Source of the DNA: Calditrichales bacterium
GTDB taxonomy: Bacteria > Calditrichota > Calditrichia > Calditrichales > J004
Assembly: GCA_965267575.1 (NCBI GenBank)
Contig: OZ254086.1
Location: 4,352,001-4,416,000, forward strand
Direction: 5' to 3'
Length of the DNA: 64,000 nucleotides
Position 1 is the stretch's first letter. Every line of letters begins with the position of its first letter. Made by a program: the position numbers and the translations under genes. Under the pieces are notes generated by a model that saw nothing but the letters and a program-made list of their open reading frames with translations, was not told the origin of the DNA and did not search any database. Below are positions 38,346 to 48,537 of this stretch, one piece after another.

Positions 38346-39731
38346 TTATTGATTAAACAAATCGTTCAGCACAAAATCAAAAAAATCATTCAGGTTATTG
38401 TCCGCATTCAGAAAGTGCAGCGGCGTACCGGAAAAAAGAAAATCAATCTTGCCGGTATTATCGTTGCGCCCGGCGATGACAAAAACGGGATCAACTTCGA
38501 GTGACGTATCATCATAGCGGTACAATGGAATCGAGCCCTGCTTGGCCTTTAAGGCAATCAGACCAACGATAATATTTGATACTTTTAAAGTTGGCAAATT
38601 CACCTGCGGATTGTTTTGCAGATAAAGCGAATCGGGGTAATAGGTACTATTGCCGGAAATAAAATTATAGGACTTGCCCAACGAATCCACCGGCGAAAAA
38701 GCCAGCGGCTCACCCTGGGCACCAAAACCCCGGTTGAACTGTACCGCGTAAATAATGCGGTTGCCCGGTATCTTGCGGAATTCCGGTATGGCCAGTTGCG
38801 CCGCAATAAAACGGCGATCTGTTTCCTGTACCAGGTCCGTGTACCAGATTACCCGCTCAAACAGCTTCATCGTTTCCGTAAACTGGGTAATGGACGCCGG
38901 AAAGAGCTTTTCAATATTCCAGTAGGTGTACTCCTCGCCGGTGACATTTTGCATCATATTGCGATAGTAGCGATCGGGAAAAGCGGATATGCTGCTTTCC
39001 ACGTTGTAGTCATCAATCAGCAGGTAGCGGCCACGCGGCTGCTTTGCGTACCAGGTTTCGCCCGGCGTTTCCGGCATGCGGATAATTTCGCTGCGCGATC
39101 CGGCCACATCGACGGCACGCATAAACAGAACGTGTTCTCCTTCCGTAATACCATCTTCCTCAAAAAGCGTTAAAGATCGCTTTTCGCCGCTTATGCTAAT
39201 CCACTCCGACGTGTCGTCCAGGGCGTATTCAAAGCTGGTGATCGTATTGACGCCGTCCAGGTCCGAAGCTTGCCAGGAAAAGCTGGCAACGGTAAAAGTG
39301 GTATCGGGAATGTTGCTGTTCTGGCTCCAAGTCATGGCGGGCGCACTGTTCAATACGGGAAAGCGCTGGAAAGCGGGCGTGGGATCTTCCAGACCCTCGT
39401 CATCTACCGCCTTAACCTGGAAATAATAGATCGTATCCTGGCCGGTTATCACAAGCGGAAACTGGCCTTCGCTTTCGGTGGTCCAGACCCAGTCGCTATC
39501 GGCAGGAGTTTCTGTAAAAGCATAGTAATAGCCGGTTACAAACCCGTCCGGATCGCGTCCTTCCCAGTAGAATTGCTGCACGCTTTTGGTGTAGTTCAAT
39601 GTATCCGGGTTGCTGATAAACAGATCGGTTTGCGGCGGCATATTCTGCTGCCTGCTGCCGCTTATGTCACTTTCGCAGCCGGCCAGTGCAAGTACCAAAA
39701 ACAGTGCTGAAAAGATTAAAAGTTTGCGCAT
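38346..39731 (-). CDS. Lipoprotein with two Ig/Fn3-like repeats
   Basis: Lipobox LALAGC; repeated F.W...D.DG...Y.......W...F..[KR]AVD..G unit. Confidence 0.75.
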   Translation of the reverse strand: MRKLLIFSALFLVLALAGCESDISGSRQQNMPPQTDLFISNPDTLNYTKSVQQFYWEGRDPDGFVTGYYYAFTETPADSDWVWTTESEGQFPLVITGQDTIYYFQVKAVDDEGLEDPTPAFQRFPVLNSAPAMTWSQNSNIPDTTFTVASFSWQASDLDGVNTITSFEYALDDTSEWISISGEKRSLTLFEEDGITEGEHVLFMRAVDVAGSRSEIIRMPETPGETWYAKQPRGRYLLIDDYNVESSISAFPDRYYRNMMQNVTGEEYTYWNIEKLFPASITQFTETMKLFERVIWYTDLVQETDRRFIAAQLAIPEFRKIPGNRIIYAVQFNRGFGAQGEPLAFSPVDSLGKSYNFISGNSTYYPDSLYLQNNPQVNLPTLKVSNIIVGLIALKAKQGSIPLYRYDDTSLEVDPVFVIAGRNDNTGKIDFLFSGTPLHFLNADNNLNDFFDFVLNDLFNQ

Positions 39732-39742
39732 ATCAAAATAAA

Positions 39743-39772
39743 GCGGGATCAGCCCTGTCAGGATGATCCCGC
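39743..39772 (-). terminator. Intra-cluster stem-loop (terminator or mRNA-stabilising hairpin)
   Basis: GCGGGATCA/TGATCCCGC stem, followed by TTTATTTT on the minus strand. Confidence 0.6.
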
Positions 39773-39782
39773 GTTTACATCC

Positions 39783-41804
39783 TTACTTGATTAATACCAT
39801 TTTCTTGATATCGGAGAATTGCCCGCTTTGTACCGAGTAGAAATAAATACCGCTGGACAGTTTCTCCCCGTTCAGCGTGACGCGATAGGTGCCGGCGCTC
39901 TGAATGCCGTCAACCAGCGTGGCAATGCGACGGCCCAACGCATCATAGACAGCCAGTGTTACATGCTCCTGAACAGGAATGCTGTAGCGGATGGTGGTTG
40001 TCGGGTTGAACGGATTAGGATAATTCTGCTCCAGCACAAAAGCGCTTGGTTGAATATCTTCCCTTTCGATGGATGTTGCGATATCCACGTCGTTGGAATC
40101 ACGCGGAACAAGCTTGTAGTTGTCAAAACTATAGTACTGGAAAGCCACCATCGAAGCGATTTCCAGGCCTTCGTAATAGGTCGTATCACTTGTCTGACCA
40201 CCAAAGCCATCGAAGAAATCATCAACACGTACGCCGCCGCTTCCGTCGTCAATAGTAAATTCACCGAAGTTGCTCGGCGCATCCGGGAAGGGAACGGTTA
40301 CGGTAACGTTCTGTACTTCCACGAGTACGCTCTCATAAGCTTCGTTATTTTCGCCGTCGTTGTTCAGTTCACCCGTAGTCACAACAACAGGATCAAAAGT
40401 ACCGGCACCGGCCTGGACAAGCGATACATCGGTTACATCATCAATGCGGGTTACGCTGAAGTTTTCTTCAACCGTACCGGTTACCTGAACGCGATCGCCT
40501 TTCTGGAAGGTTTGCGCCTCGGCCACCCATATACCGGACCATTTATCGGCTGCTTCCTGGATCCAGAAATCGCCGGCTTCGTCGGTGGAGTCGGTCATCA
40601 CCACACCTTCAACGGTCACTTCATAACCGTCGTATGCTGAAATATCCAAAGCATAGCCGCGGGTATCCTGAATATCGGCAATCATTAAATTGCCGTCGCG
40701 CACAACGTAGGAGAAAACCGAACCATTGGCCATGGATGTATCTCCGGGAACGATCGTGCCATCTCCGGCGCCGTCTTCAGCGGTTACAAAATAACGCACA
40801 TAATCGCCTTCAGAACCGGAACGTATTGTCGCGCGGAATGTATCGGCTACCGCTTCGCTCATGGTCAGCGTTTTAAACGGTTCGCCGTTAAAGCTATAGT
40901 GAACAAGTGCCTCGGCCACGGCATTATCATCCGTAATGGCGGCGCTTACTGTTACGGGATTACCAGGTTTGGGAAGACCGGGGTTACGGGTAACTTCCGT
41001 AATAACCGGCGGGTTGGATTTTATAGTAATATCCGTAGTGTCGCGCGGGTTGATCGTATAAACGCGGCCAGGACTGCCGCTTTCATCACGGGTAAAACCG
41101 ACGACATCAATGTTTGTGCCATTGGACGGCCAGTTGTAGGTACCGGCCATAAGGCGATCCCTGAACCAGTTAAAGTATTCACCGAGATAACCCGTACTGC
41201 CTGATTCATCGGTAATAGAAGCCCAGTCCCCGGAGATATTGTTATTTACCACCGTGGCATCATTGATCTTTACCGGCATGCTCTCCCACTTCTCGCCGCT
41301 GGCGATAGTGGCCAGGTCCGACAGGCTTAACTCAACCGGAGCGGGCAAAGGAACATTTGTATTAACAATGTTGATGGGGATTACAGGATCCGGGAAGTAG
41401 AACAAACCATAAGTAACCAGCTGAGAAAAACTGCCGAACTCATCTACAACACCTGTAAAGTAACATTCCATGCCAGGCTCAAGAAAACCGAAGTTTGTGG
41501 CAATCTGCGTGGTGTCGTGCTGGATGATGAAAAAGCCGCTCCAGGGATTAGGGAAGCTGTCGGGATCGACAATGTAAACTGCCCAGCGGGCGCCCACCCA
41601 CAAATCACGCGGGCCATTCATGACAAGACCGCGTACCACAACGGTATCGCCGTTAAATGCCGAAAGATCATCGGATGCGGGATCCGCGACATACTGCAGA
41701 TCATGAATACTTACCGTGTCAAACGCTGCGGTTTGCGCGGAAAGCAGCGATCCTGAAAACAGGATAAAGAGTAAAGCGAGAAAGATCGTAGAGAAACGAC
41801 TCAT
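39783..41804 (-). CDS. Secreted OB-fold repeat protein with a T9SS type-A-like sorting domain
   Basis: Signal peptide; duplicated I.D[IL]Q...SA[FY].G..V.V.G.VM and E.[WY]ES..V.....TV modules; C-terminal LEQNYPNPFNPTT...LSSGIYFY...KKMVLIK. Confidence 0.85.
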   Translation of the reverse strand: MSRFSTIFLALLFILFSGSLLSAQTAAFDTVSIHDLQYVADPASDDLSAFNGDTVVVRGLVMNGPRDLWVGARWAVYIVDPDSFPNPWSGFFIIQHDTTQIATNFGFLEPGMECYFTGVVDEFGSFSQLVTYGLFYFPDPVIPINIVNTNVPLPAPVELSLSDLATIASGEKWESMPVKINDATVVNNNISGDWASITDESGSTGYLGEYFNWFRDRLMAGTYNWPSNGTNIDVVGFTRDESGSPGRVYTINPRDTTDITIKSNPPVITEVTRNPGLPKPGNPVTVSAAITDDNAVAEALVHYSFNGEPFKTLTMSEAVADTFRATIRSGSEGDYVRYFVTAEDGAGDGTIVPGDTSMANGSVFSYVVRDGNLMIADIQDTRGYALDISAYDGYEVTVEGVVMTDSTDEAGDFWIQEAADKWSGIWVAEAQTFQKGDRVQVTGTVEENFSVTRIDDVTDVSLVQAGAGTFDPVVVTTGELNNDGENNEAYESVLVEVQNVTVTVPFPDAPSNFGEFTIDDGSGGVRVDDFFDGFGGQTSDTTYYEGLEIASMVAFQYYSFDNYKLVPRDSNDVDIATSIEREDIQPSAFVLEQNYPNPFNPTTTIRYSIPVQEHVTLAVYDALGRRIATLVDGIQSAGTYRVTLNGEKLSSGIYFYSVQSGQFSDIKKMVLIK

Positions 41805-41812
41805 GAAACCTC

Positions 41813-43933
41813 CTATTTTATTATGACGAATTTGCCCCTGTAAATTTTGTTACTGTCTAGATCCTTTACGGTGTAAAGATAGAGCCCGGTGGCGATGGCC
41901 TGGTCTTCGCTGGTAACCATATCCCAGGCGTGTTCGCCGCCCGGAAAGAGTGTTTGTCCATCGGAGAATTCCTGGTACCATTCAATATCGGTGCCGCTGT
42001 AGTTGGCTGCTTCGTGCATAAAACTATCCACCAGGTCTCCGGCAAGCGTGTAAATGCGCACCTGGCAACGGGCCGGGAGATTATAAAACATCAGGCGCCG
42101 CTCACGTTCAAAGCCGCCGTCCCACAAGGCGCTGGTTTTATACGGATTAGGATATACCCCCACTTCAAGGTCACCACCGCCGGTTTGGGCCGGTGTTCCG
42201 GGACTCACAACAACGGCGTTTTGCAGGTTGCTGCTTTCCAGGCTTTCCAGGTTCAGCGCCACATCGCCACTATCGAAAGCGGAAACGGCAAAGGCGTATT
42301 GCCAGCCATTATGCAGGCCGTCTATTTCAAGCTTGTAATTGTAGGTAACGGTTTCGCCCGTTTGCGGGTCGGTGTCAACAACAGGTGGGTCTAGGCGTAT
42401 CGATTCCAGGCCGGCATCATAAAAAAGTCCGTTTACGCGATCGTATTCACGGATAAGCTGCATATTATCAAAAACACCCAACTCGCCACGCAGGTCGTTG
42501 CCCAGAAACGAGCGGTAAACACGATAGCCTTCAAAATCCTGCTGGCGGGAAATCAGGTCAATCGACTCTTCAGATGAGTTGTCCCATAGAAGGGTCACTT
42601 TGCCGTTGTCCGGAATAACTTTAAGACGCGGTGCGTCCGGCGGTGTCGGCAGGATATAGCGGTCGAGGCGGCCGTTATCGATCAGGTCTTCCGTGGAATC
42701 GGTACCAACAAAATCCAGCCTGCCGTTGCGGTTATTATCTTCGCCGTAATAGGCGCGCAAGGCCCAGCCCACATTTTCATAGAGATTTTTCTTGGTGATA
42801 TCATTATCCGCGGAAGGCGGGAGATTACTGAATTTACGTGCGCATACAATCGCGAAAACCACATTGATCGATGAATCCGGCTCCAGCATTTCGAAGGGTC
42901 CCGTGGTAATCAGGCTCATAAAATTGCCGCGCTGTCCGCGAATATCGCTCTCGTAAATATCGTCATCGAGCGATTCACGCATTCTTTCGTAACGGGCAGC
43001 TTCCGTGTTGGGTGCCAGTTGCCAGTCTTCGGTACCACCACTGAAAAACCACCAGTTATGATTTACCTCGGCGTTGTAGCTGTTGTCATTTTTCTGGGCA
43101 TCCGCGCCGAGAAAAGCGAGTGCCACATAACTATTGGATTCAGTGTAATTGCCCCCGCCTTCAACTTCGTAGGCATACACCATGCGCCCAAGATCGGGAT
43201 CATCCGTGTACCCTACCCCAACATCCTGGTAAAAAGGACCACCAACACGCGGCGGCAAAATATTAGTATTGCGCACAACCATATCGGCCCATAGCCCGGC
43301 GTAAACATCGCGCAGCGTATCCTTGCGTCCGCCGTAGCCCACGTTTTTGATCGTATAGTTCATGATCACAAAAGCATCAGCAAAAGGATAATTCCAGGCG
43401 TAGGTTTCAAGGTGCACGGAAATGCCCAGCGGCTCGTGGTTGGGAATGCGCACGGCCGTGCCGGGGATAAAAATGTTGGTATCGCCAAAATCCATCACAA
43501 AATCCTGGTGACTGACGGCGGAGGGCGAATAAAAACGGTCCTGCGGCAAGGATGATCTTTCGACGATAATGTCGGTCGGCTCAGCGGTATTCGTAAACTC
43601 AAAATTGTTGGAACCGGCGGAGGCGATGCGCGCCGAGTTAAAGGCGCCGGTGGTTACCCTTTGCCCTTCCGATGTTTGTGCGCCGACCCAAAGGCCACCG
43701 TCAAAAATATGCTCAATCCCTGAACCCTTGGGGAATTCACAGGAGGGCTGATCGGTGGGCGCCTGGATAACAAAACCATCTCCGAAAACGCCATAATTGG
43801 AAAAAGTTATACCTATGTTGCCTTCGGTGGTGAAATTGTCGTTGTCATCAACAGAGGTCTTGGAAAAGCGCCGCGGGTCTTCCTGGGCGAGGCAAAATAC
43901 AAAAACGAGTAATAAGGCAGCAACGTGTCGCAT
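41813..43933 (-). CDS. Secreted protein with an Fn3-like domain and a variant YPNPY C-terminal sorting-like domain
   Basis: Signal peptide; SCEFPKGSG...GGLWVGA; VTLLWDNSSE...FEGYRVYRS; VYPNPY...IYTLAGDLV...ATGLYLY...GKFVIIK. Confidence 0.8.
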   Translation of the reverse strand: MRHVAALLLVFVFCLAQEDPRRFSKTSVDDNDNFTTEGNIGITFSNYGVFGDGFVIQAPTDQPSCEFPKGSGIEHIFDGGLWVGAQTSEGQRVTTGAFNSARIASAGSNNFEFTNTAEPTDIIVERSSLPQDRFYSPSAVSHQDFVMDFGDTNIFIPGTAVRIPNHEPLGISVHLETYAWNYPFADAFVIMNYTIKNVGYGGRKDTLRDVYAGLWADMVVRNTNILPPRVGGPFYQDVGVGYTDDPDLGRMVYAYEVEGGGNYTESNSYVALAFLGADAQKNDNSYNAEVNHNWWFFSGGTEDWQLAPNTEAARYERMRESLDDDIYESDIRGQRGNFMSLITTGPFEMLEPDSSINVVFAIVCARKFSNLPPSADNDITKKNLYENVGWALRAYYGEDNNRNGRLDFVGTDSTEDLIDNGRLDRYILPTPPDAPRLKVIPDNGKVTLLWDNSSEESIDLISRQQDFEGYRVYRSFLGNDLRGELGVFDNMQLIREYDRVNGLFYDAGLESIRLDPPVVDTDPQTGETVTYNYKLEIDGLHNGWQYAFAVSAFDSGDVALNLESLESSNLQNAVVVSPGTPAQTGGGDLEVGVYPNPYKTSALWDGGFERERRLMFYNLPARCQVRIYTLAGDLVDSFMHEAANYSGTDIEWYQEFSDGQTLFPGGEHAWDMVTSEDQAIATGLYLYTVKDLDSNKIYRGKFVIIK

Positions 43934-44043
43934 TGAAATATTCGGTTAATTTTTGGATTAGAGAACAATAATAGGGTGCTTATGTTAAGAAAATATTTTG
44001 AAAACAAAAAGAATAAATTTGCGAAAATCGATCAAAAAGACAG

Positions 44044-44075
44044 AAAATAAAAAAGGCCAGTCGAACCGGCCTTTT
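44044..44075 (-). terminator. Intrinsic terminator after nqrF
   Basis: AAAAGGCC...GGCCTTTT stem with a T-rich tail on the minus strand. Confidence 0.75.
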
Positions 44076-44080
44076 GTTGT

Positions 44081-45307
44081 CTAGAATTCGTCAAACGCGA
44101 TCATATCTTTTTCTACACCCAGGTTGTACAACATATTTTGTACAGCACTGATCATCATGGGCGGACCGCAGAGATAATACTCAATGTCCTCCGGTGCTTC
44201 ATGTTTACCCAGAAAAGTATCCTGAGCTACCTGGTGAATAAAACCAACAGGGCCCTCCCAGTTATCTTCGGGCAACGGGTCGGAAAGCGCCACAACATAA
44301 TTGAAGTTGGGATACTTCTCCTTTATCGCCTGGAAATCCTCATCATAGAACATTTCCCGCTTGGAACGCGCACCATAGAAAAAGGTCACTTTACGGCCTG
44401 TTTCCAGGGTGTGGAACAGGTGGAAAAGATGACTGCGCATGGGCGCCATACCGGCGCCGCCGCCGATATACACCATTTCACGGTCTGTATCTTTAATAAA
44501 GAATTCACCGTAGGGTCCGCTCACCGTTACCTTGTCACCCGGCTTGAGATTAAAGATAAAACTGGAGGAAATCCCTGGAGGAAAATCGGTTCCCGGGGGC
44601 GGCGTGGCAATCCGCACATTCAGCATTACGATGTTGCCTTCCGCCGGATGGTTGGCCATGGAATAGGCACGGAAAATTTCCTCATCATTGGAAGCTTTCA
44701 GGTCCCACAGGTTGTATTTATCCCAATCGCCGCGATATTCCTTTTCCACATCAAAATCCTTAAAGGAAAGATTGTAAGGCGGAATATAAATCTGGATATA
44801 GCCACCGGCTTCAAAATCGAGGTTTTGACCTTTAGGCAGTTCCAGGACCAATTCTTTAATGAACGTGGCAACATTGTTGTTGGAACGAACCGTACATTCA
44901 AATTTTTGAATATTAAATATCTCTTCGGGGATATGAATTTTCATATCCTCTTTCACTTTTACCTGGCAGGCCAGGCGCCAGTTTTCTTTTACCTGAGCTC
45001 TGGAAAGCTGGGATTCTTCCGTCGGCAGCACATCGCCGCCACCTTCCGTAATCTGGCAGGTACACATGGCGCAGGTCCCCTGTCCGCCACAGGCGGAGGG
45101 CAGGAAGATCCCATTATTGGATAGTGTGGTCAATAAATTTGCCCCGGCATCTACTTCCGGGCTTTTTTCCTCATCCCCGTTGATGAGAACTTTAACCTTG
45201 CCCTTGTTGATCAGCTTGCTTTCCGCGTAGGTCAGCGCAGCTACCAGCAAAAGAATGGTTGCAGAAAAAATCCCGGCACTCAGGGCCATGATTCCTAATG
45301 TAGGCAT
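44081..45307 (-). CDS. nqrF: Na+-translocating NADH:quinone reductase subunit F
   Basis: 2Fe-2S motif [10 protein letters not shown]...[26 protein letters not shown]. Confidence 0.97.
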   Translation of the reverse strand: MPTLGIMALSAGIFSATILLLVAALTYAESKLINKGKVKVLINGDEEKSPEVDAGANLLTTLSNNGIFLPSACGGQGTCAMCTCQITEGGGDVLPTEESQLSRAQVKENWRLACQVKVKEDMKIHIPEEIFNIQKFECTVRSNNNVATFIKELVLELPKGQNLDFEAGGYIQIYIPPYNLSFKDFDVEKEYRGDWDKYNLWDLKASNDEEIFRAYSMANHPAEGNIVMLNVRIATPPPGTDFPPGISSSFIFNLKPGDKVTVSGPYGEFFIKDTDREMVYIGGGAGMAPMRSHLFHLFHTLETGRKVTFFYGARSKREMFYDEDFQAIKEKYPNFNYVVALSDPLPEDNWEGPVGFIHQVAQDTFLGKHEAPEDIEYYLCGPPMMISAVQNMLYNLGVEKDMIAFDEF

Positions 45308-45324
45308 GACTCTCTACTCCGTCT

Positions 45325-45936
45325 TTAAAGTTGTATCCCGGCAAATACCATAAATGCCATAGACATTAAACCCGTGATAAGCATGGTTATTCCCAAACCT
45401 TTCAGTCCGTCGGGCACATTGGAATAACGCAGTTTTGTGCGAATAGCGGCCATGGAAACGATGGCTAAAAAGAAGCCGACACCGCTGCCAAAACCGAACA
45501 CGGCCGATTCACCCACCGTGTAATCGCGCTCCACCATAAACAGGGAGGAGCCCAGGATAGCGCAGTTAACAGCGATCAGGGGCAGAAAGATACCAAGCGC
45601 CGTATAAAGCTTTGGCGAAAAACGGTCCATGATCATTTCAACGAGCTGTACCATGGCTGCAATTACCGCGATGTAGGTAATAAAACCAAGAAAGCTCAGA
45701 TCCACTTCCGGCATGCCGGCCCAGCTAAGGGCGCCGTCACGCAACAGGTAGTTGTAAATGCCCCAGTTGGCCGGAACAGTAATCGTTAAAACAAAAACAA
45801 CGGCCATTCCCAGGCCTACGGACGTGTCTACTTTTTTGGAGACCGCCAGGAAAGAACACATGCCGAGAAAGAATGCCAGAAGTATGTTTTCAACAAATAC
45901 CGCTTTTACAAATAAACTAAGATAATGCTCTAACAT
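45325..45936 (-). CDS. nqrE: Na+-NQR subunit E
   Basis: [13 protein letters not shown] and [10 protein letters not shown]. Confidence 0.96.
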   Translation of the reverse strand: MLEHYLSLFVKAVFVENILLAFFLGMCSFLAVSKKVDTSVGLGMAVVFVLTITVPANWGIYNYLLRDGALSWAGMPEVDLSFLGFITYIAVIAAMVQLVEMIMDRFSPKLYTALGIFLPLIAVNCAILGSSLFMVERDYTVGESAVFGFGSGVGFFLAIVSMAAIRTKLRYSNVPDGLKGLGITMLITGLMSMAFMVFAGIQL

Positions 45937-45952
45937 CTTTTATACCTCAATC

Positions 45953-46624
45953 TTATTCGTGAACGGTTTTAGTGATGGCGCGCTGGACCCAGATCAACAG
46001 CCCGAGCAAAATAAACGCGCCGGGCGCCAGAACCATCAGGCCCATGTTTTCATAGCCGGCACCGTAGACGGCATCTGGAACAACCTGGAAGCCCATAAAT
46101 GAGCCGCTGCCCAAGACTTCACGTCCCACGGCAATAGCCATCAGAATCCAGCCGTAGCCCAGGGCATTGCCCAGTCCGTCCAGGAACGAAGGCCAGGGCT
46201 TGTTTTGCAGCGCAAACGCTTCGGCACGTCCCATAATAATACAGTTTGTAATGATCAGTCCCACGAATACACTGAGCTGTTTACTGATATCATACAAGTA
46301 TGCTTTTAGAATCTGGTCTACCAGAATAACGAGCGACGCAATAACCGCCAGTTCTACAATAATGCGGATCTTGGAGGGTATCTGCTTACGCAGCAGCGAG
46401 ATTGTCACATTGGAAAACGTTAAAACAAACATAACCGCCAGTGACATTACCAGCGCTGTTTTCATTTGAACGGTAACGGCCAGTGCCGAACAGATACCAA
46501 GAACCTGGAAGCTAATCGGGTTATTGTCACTCAGGGGTTCGCGAAGAACCTTGAGATTCTTTTTCGAAAAAAGCTTCTCTTTTGGCGGTTTTGGTGGTGT
46601 GGTTTGAACAGGTGCATCAGCCAT
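45953..46624 (-). CDS. nqrD: Na+-NQR subunit D
   Basis: [16 protein letters not shown] and [16 protein letters not shown]. Confidence 0.96.
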   Translation of the reverse strand: MADAPVQTTPPKPPKEKLFSKKNLKVLREPLSDNNPISFQVLGICSALAVTVQMKTALVMSLAVMFVLTFSNVTISLLRKQIPSKIRIIVELAVIASLVILVDQILKAYLYDISKQLSVFVGLIITNCIIMGRAEAFALQNKPWPSFLDGLGNALGYGWILMAIAVGREVLGSGSFMGFQVVPDAVYGAGYENMGLMVLAPGAFILLGLLIWVQRAITKTVHE

Positions 46625-47350
46625 TTAGATCTCCTCCCGCTTTTGGCGTTCTTTTCTGAAAAATGGTTCGTAAGTCTTCAGATCGCGGCGTAAAAACTGC
46701 TCCAGCCCGCGTCCGGTCAGCGTTGAACCGCTTATACCGTCAACATAAAAATCGCGCTGGTCTTCAGAAATTTTGTCTATAACTTTGCCGCGAACTACAC
46801 CTATGGAAACCAGGTTGTCATTTTGATCAAAAATCTTCTTGCCAATGAAATTTACAGTAAACCACCCTTTTTCAACTTCGCCGCCCAAACCGGGTGTTTC
46901 ACCGTGCTGGTAAAAGGTAATACCCTTTACCGTGTTCAAATCGGTTTCAAGAGCGAAATAACCATAAAGGGTGCTCCACAAGCCTTTCCCGCTGATCGGG
47001 ATAACGTAGGCCTGTATTTCACCGTCTTTTACATATTCATACAAAGGATGAAGGTTGGGTTGCGTATCGGAATCTATTTCAATTGGATTCATTCCTTCGA
47101 CAATATCACCGTTGTCATCAACAACCATCTCTTTGATATTCTGCTTGTACAGCTCTTCGATTTGCTGCCTTGAAAAAGTTTCCCCTTCTGCCGGCTTAAT
47201 GCCGACAACGGAAAGGATATTCTTTTTAATATCCAGCTTTACGTTTGCTTCCTGGCGCGGCTTTAAAAGCGTGGCCGCGGCGGCAAGCAACAGGCTGCAA
47301 GCCAGGGTTATAATAAGGGCGAACCGAAAGGTACGGATATTCTCACGCAC
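46625..47350 (-). CDS. nqrC: Na+-NQR subunit C
   Basis: GKGLWS, HGETPGLGGE and FMN-attachment site DGISGST; GTG start. Confidence 0.95.
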   Translation of the reverse strand: MRENIRTFRFALIITLACSLLLAAAATLLKPRQEANVKLDIKKNILSVVGIKPAEGETFSRQQIEELYKQNIKEMVVDDNGDIVEGMNPIEIDSDTQPNLHPLYEYVKDGEIQAYVIPISGKGLWSTLYGYFALETDLNTVKGITFYQHGETPGLGGEVEKGWFTVNFIGKKIFDQNDNLVSIGVVRGKVIDKISEDQRDFYVDGISGSTLTGRGLEQFLRRDLKTYEPFFRKERQKREEI

Positions 47351-48521
47351 GGCTTAACCTCCTTTTTATATTGGCCCGCACAACATAATGGTCAATAAGC
47401 GGGGCAAATACGTTCATAAACAGAATGGCCAGCATCACACCTTCGGGATAGGCCGGGTTTACCGTTCGTATCAGCACGGCCAGTAAACCGATCAATAACC
47501 CGTATACCCACTTTCCTGTTCCGGTTTGTGATGCGGATACAGGGTCGGTAGCCATAAACACCGCTCCAAAAGCAAAACCGCCCATAATCAGGTGATATTC
47601 CGCCGGTAATGTCCACATGCCGCTGGATTCGGGGCCGGCCATGAAATTGAGTCCAAAAGCCATCAGAACGGCACCTACAACCATAGACGCCATAATCTGC
47701 CAACTCCCGACACCGGTGATTATCAGCACCACCGCGCCAATGAGCGCCATAAGCGCCGACGTCTCTCCTATACTGCCCGGTATCAGCCCAAGGAACATAT
47801 CCCATTGACTAAAACTTGCCAGCACATTGCCCACCGAAGAAATACCGGCATCCGTATTGGAAGCGATCAGCAGTGGTGTCGCGCCACTGTAACCATCTAC
47901 CAGTTTCTGGCTGGTATCAACGGCGGTCCATACTTTGTCACCGGAGATATACGCGGGATAGGCAAAGAATACAAAGGCCCGCGCGGTCAACGCCGGGTTC
48001 AGGATATTCATACCTGTTCCGCCAAAAACTTCCTTACCGATAACAACGCCAAAGGTGATGCCCATGGCCACCTGCCACAACGGTATGGTAGGCGGCAGCG
48101 TTAACGGAAAAAGCAATCCTGTTACAAGAAAGCCTTCGTTTACCTCATGCTTGCGCACAACCGCAAATACTACCTCCCATAAACCACCGACGGCATAAGA
48201 AACCAGGATTATCGGCAGCACCTGGATGGCGCCAAAGGCAAACATTTCCATCAATGTGGCTTGCTGGCCCAAAGCGTAAAAATGCTGGTAGCCAACATTG
48301 TACATACCAAAAAGTGTCGCCGGAATCAGCGCCACCACTACCATCATCATAAATCTTTTTGTGTCCAGACCATCGCGCACGTGGGGTCCGCCCTTGGTGC
48401 GTTCGTTGGTCCAGAAAAGTATCGTCTCACCGGCTTCATACAGCGGATAATACTTTTCCAGCTTTCCGCCCTTTTCGAAGAGCGGCCGCTGCTTTTCCAT
48501 TAGTGTGTGTAGAAAATTCAA
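47343..48521 (-). CDS. nqrB: Na+-NQR subunit B
   Basis: PHVRD, KEVFGGTG, FMN site SGAT and FMATDPV. Start moved to TTG 48521 (GAGGG RBS) to avoid overlap with nqrA. Confidence 0.95.
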   Translation of the reverse strand: MNFLHTLMEKQRPLFEKGGKLEKYYPLYEAGETILFWTNERTKGGPHVRDGLDTKRFMMMVVVALIPATLFGMYNVGYQHFYALGQQATLMEMFAFGAIQVLPIILVSYAVGGLWEVVFAVVRKHEVNEGFLVTGLLFPLTLPPTIPLWQVAMGITFGVVIGKEVFGGTGMNILNPALTARAFVFFAYPAYISGDKVWTAVDTSQKLVDGYSGATPLLIASNTDAGISSVGNVLASFSQWDMFLGLIPGSIGETSALMALIGAVVLIITGVGSWQIMASMVVGAVLMAFGLNFMAGPESSGMWTLPAEYHLIMGGFAFGAVFMATDPVSASQTGTGKWVYGLLIGLLAVLIRTVNPAYPEGVMLAILFMNVFAPLIDHYVVRANIKRRLSRA

Positions 48522-48537
48522 TTTGACTACCCTCTTT

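Noticed and set aside
46715..46745. NqrC FMN motif SGST instead of SGAT
   Set aside because: The flavinylated Thr is retained; minor variation.
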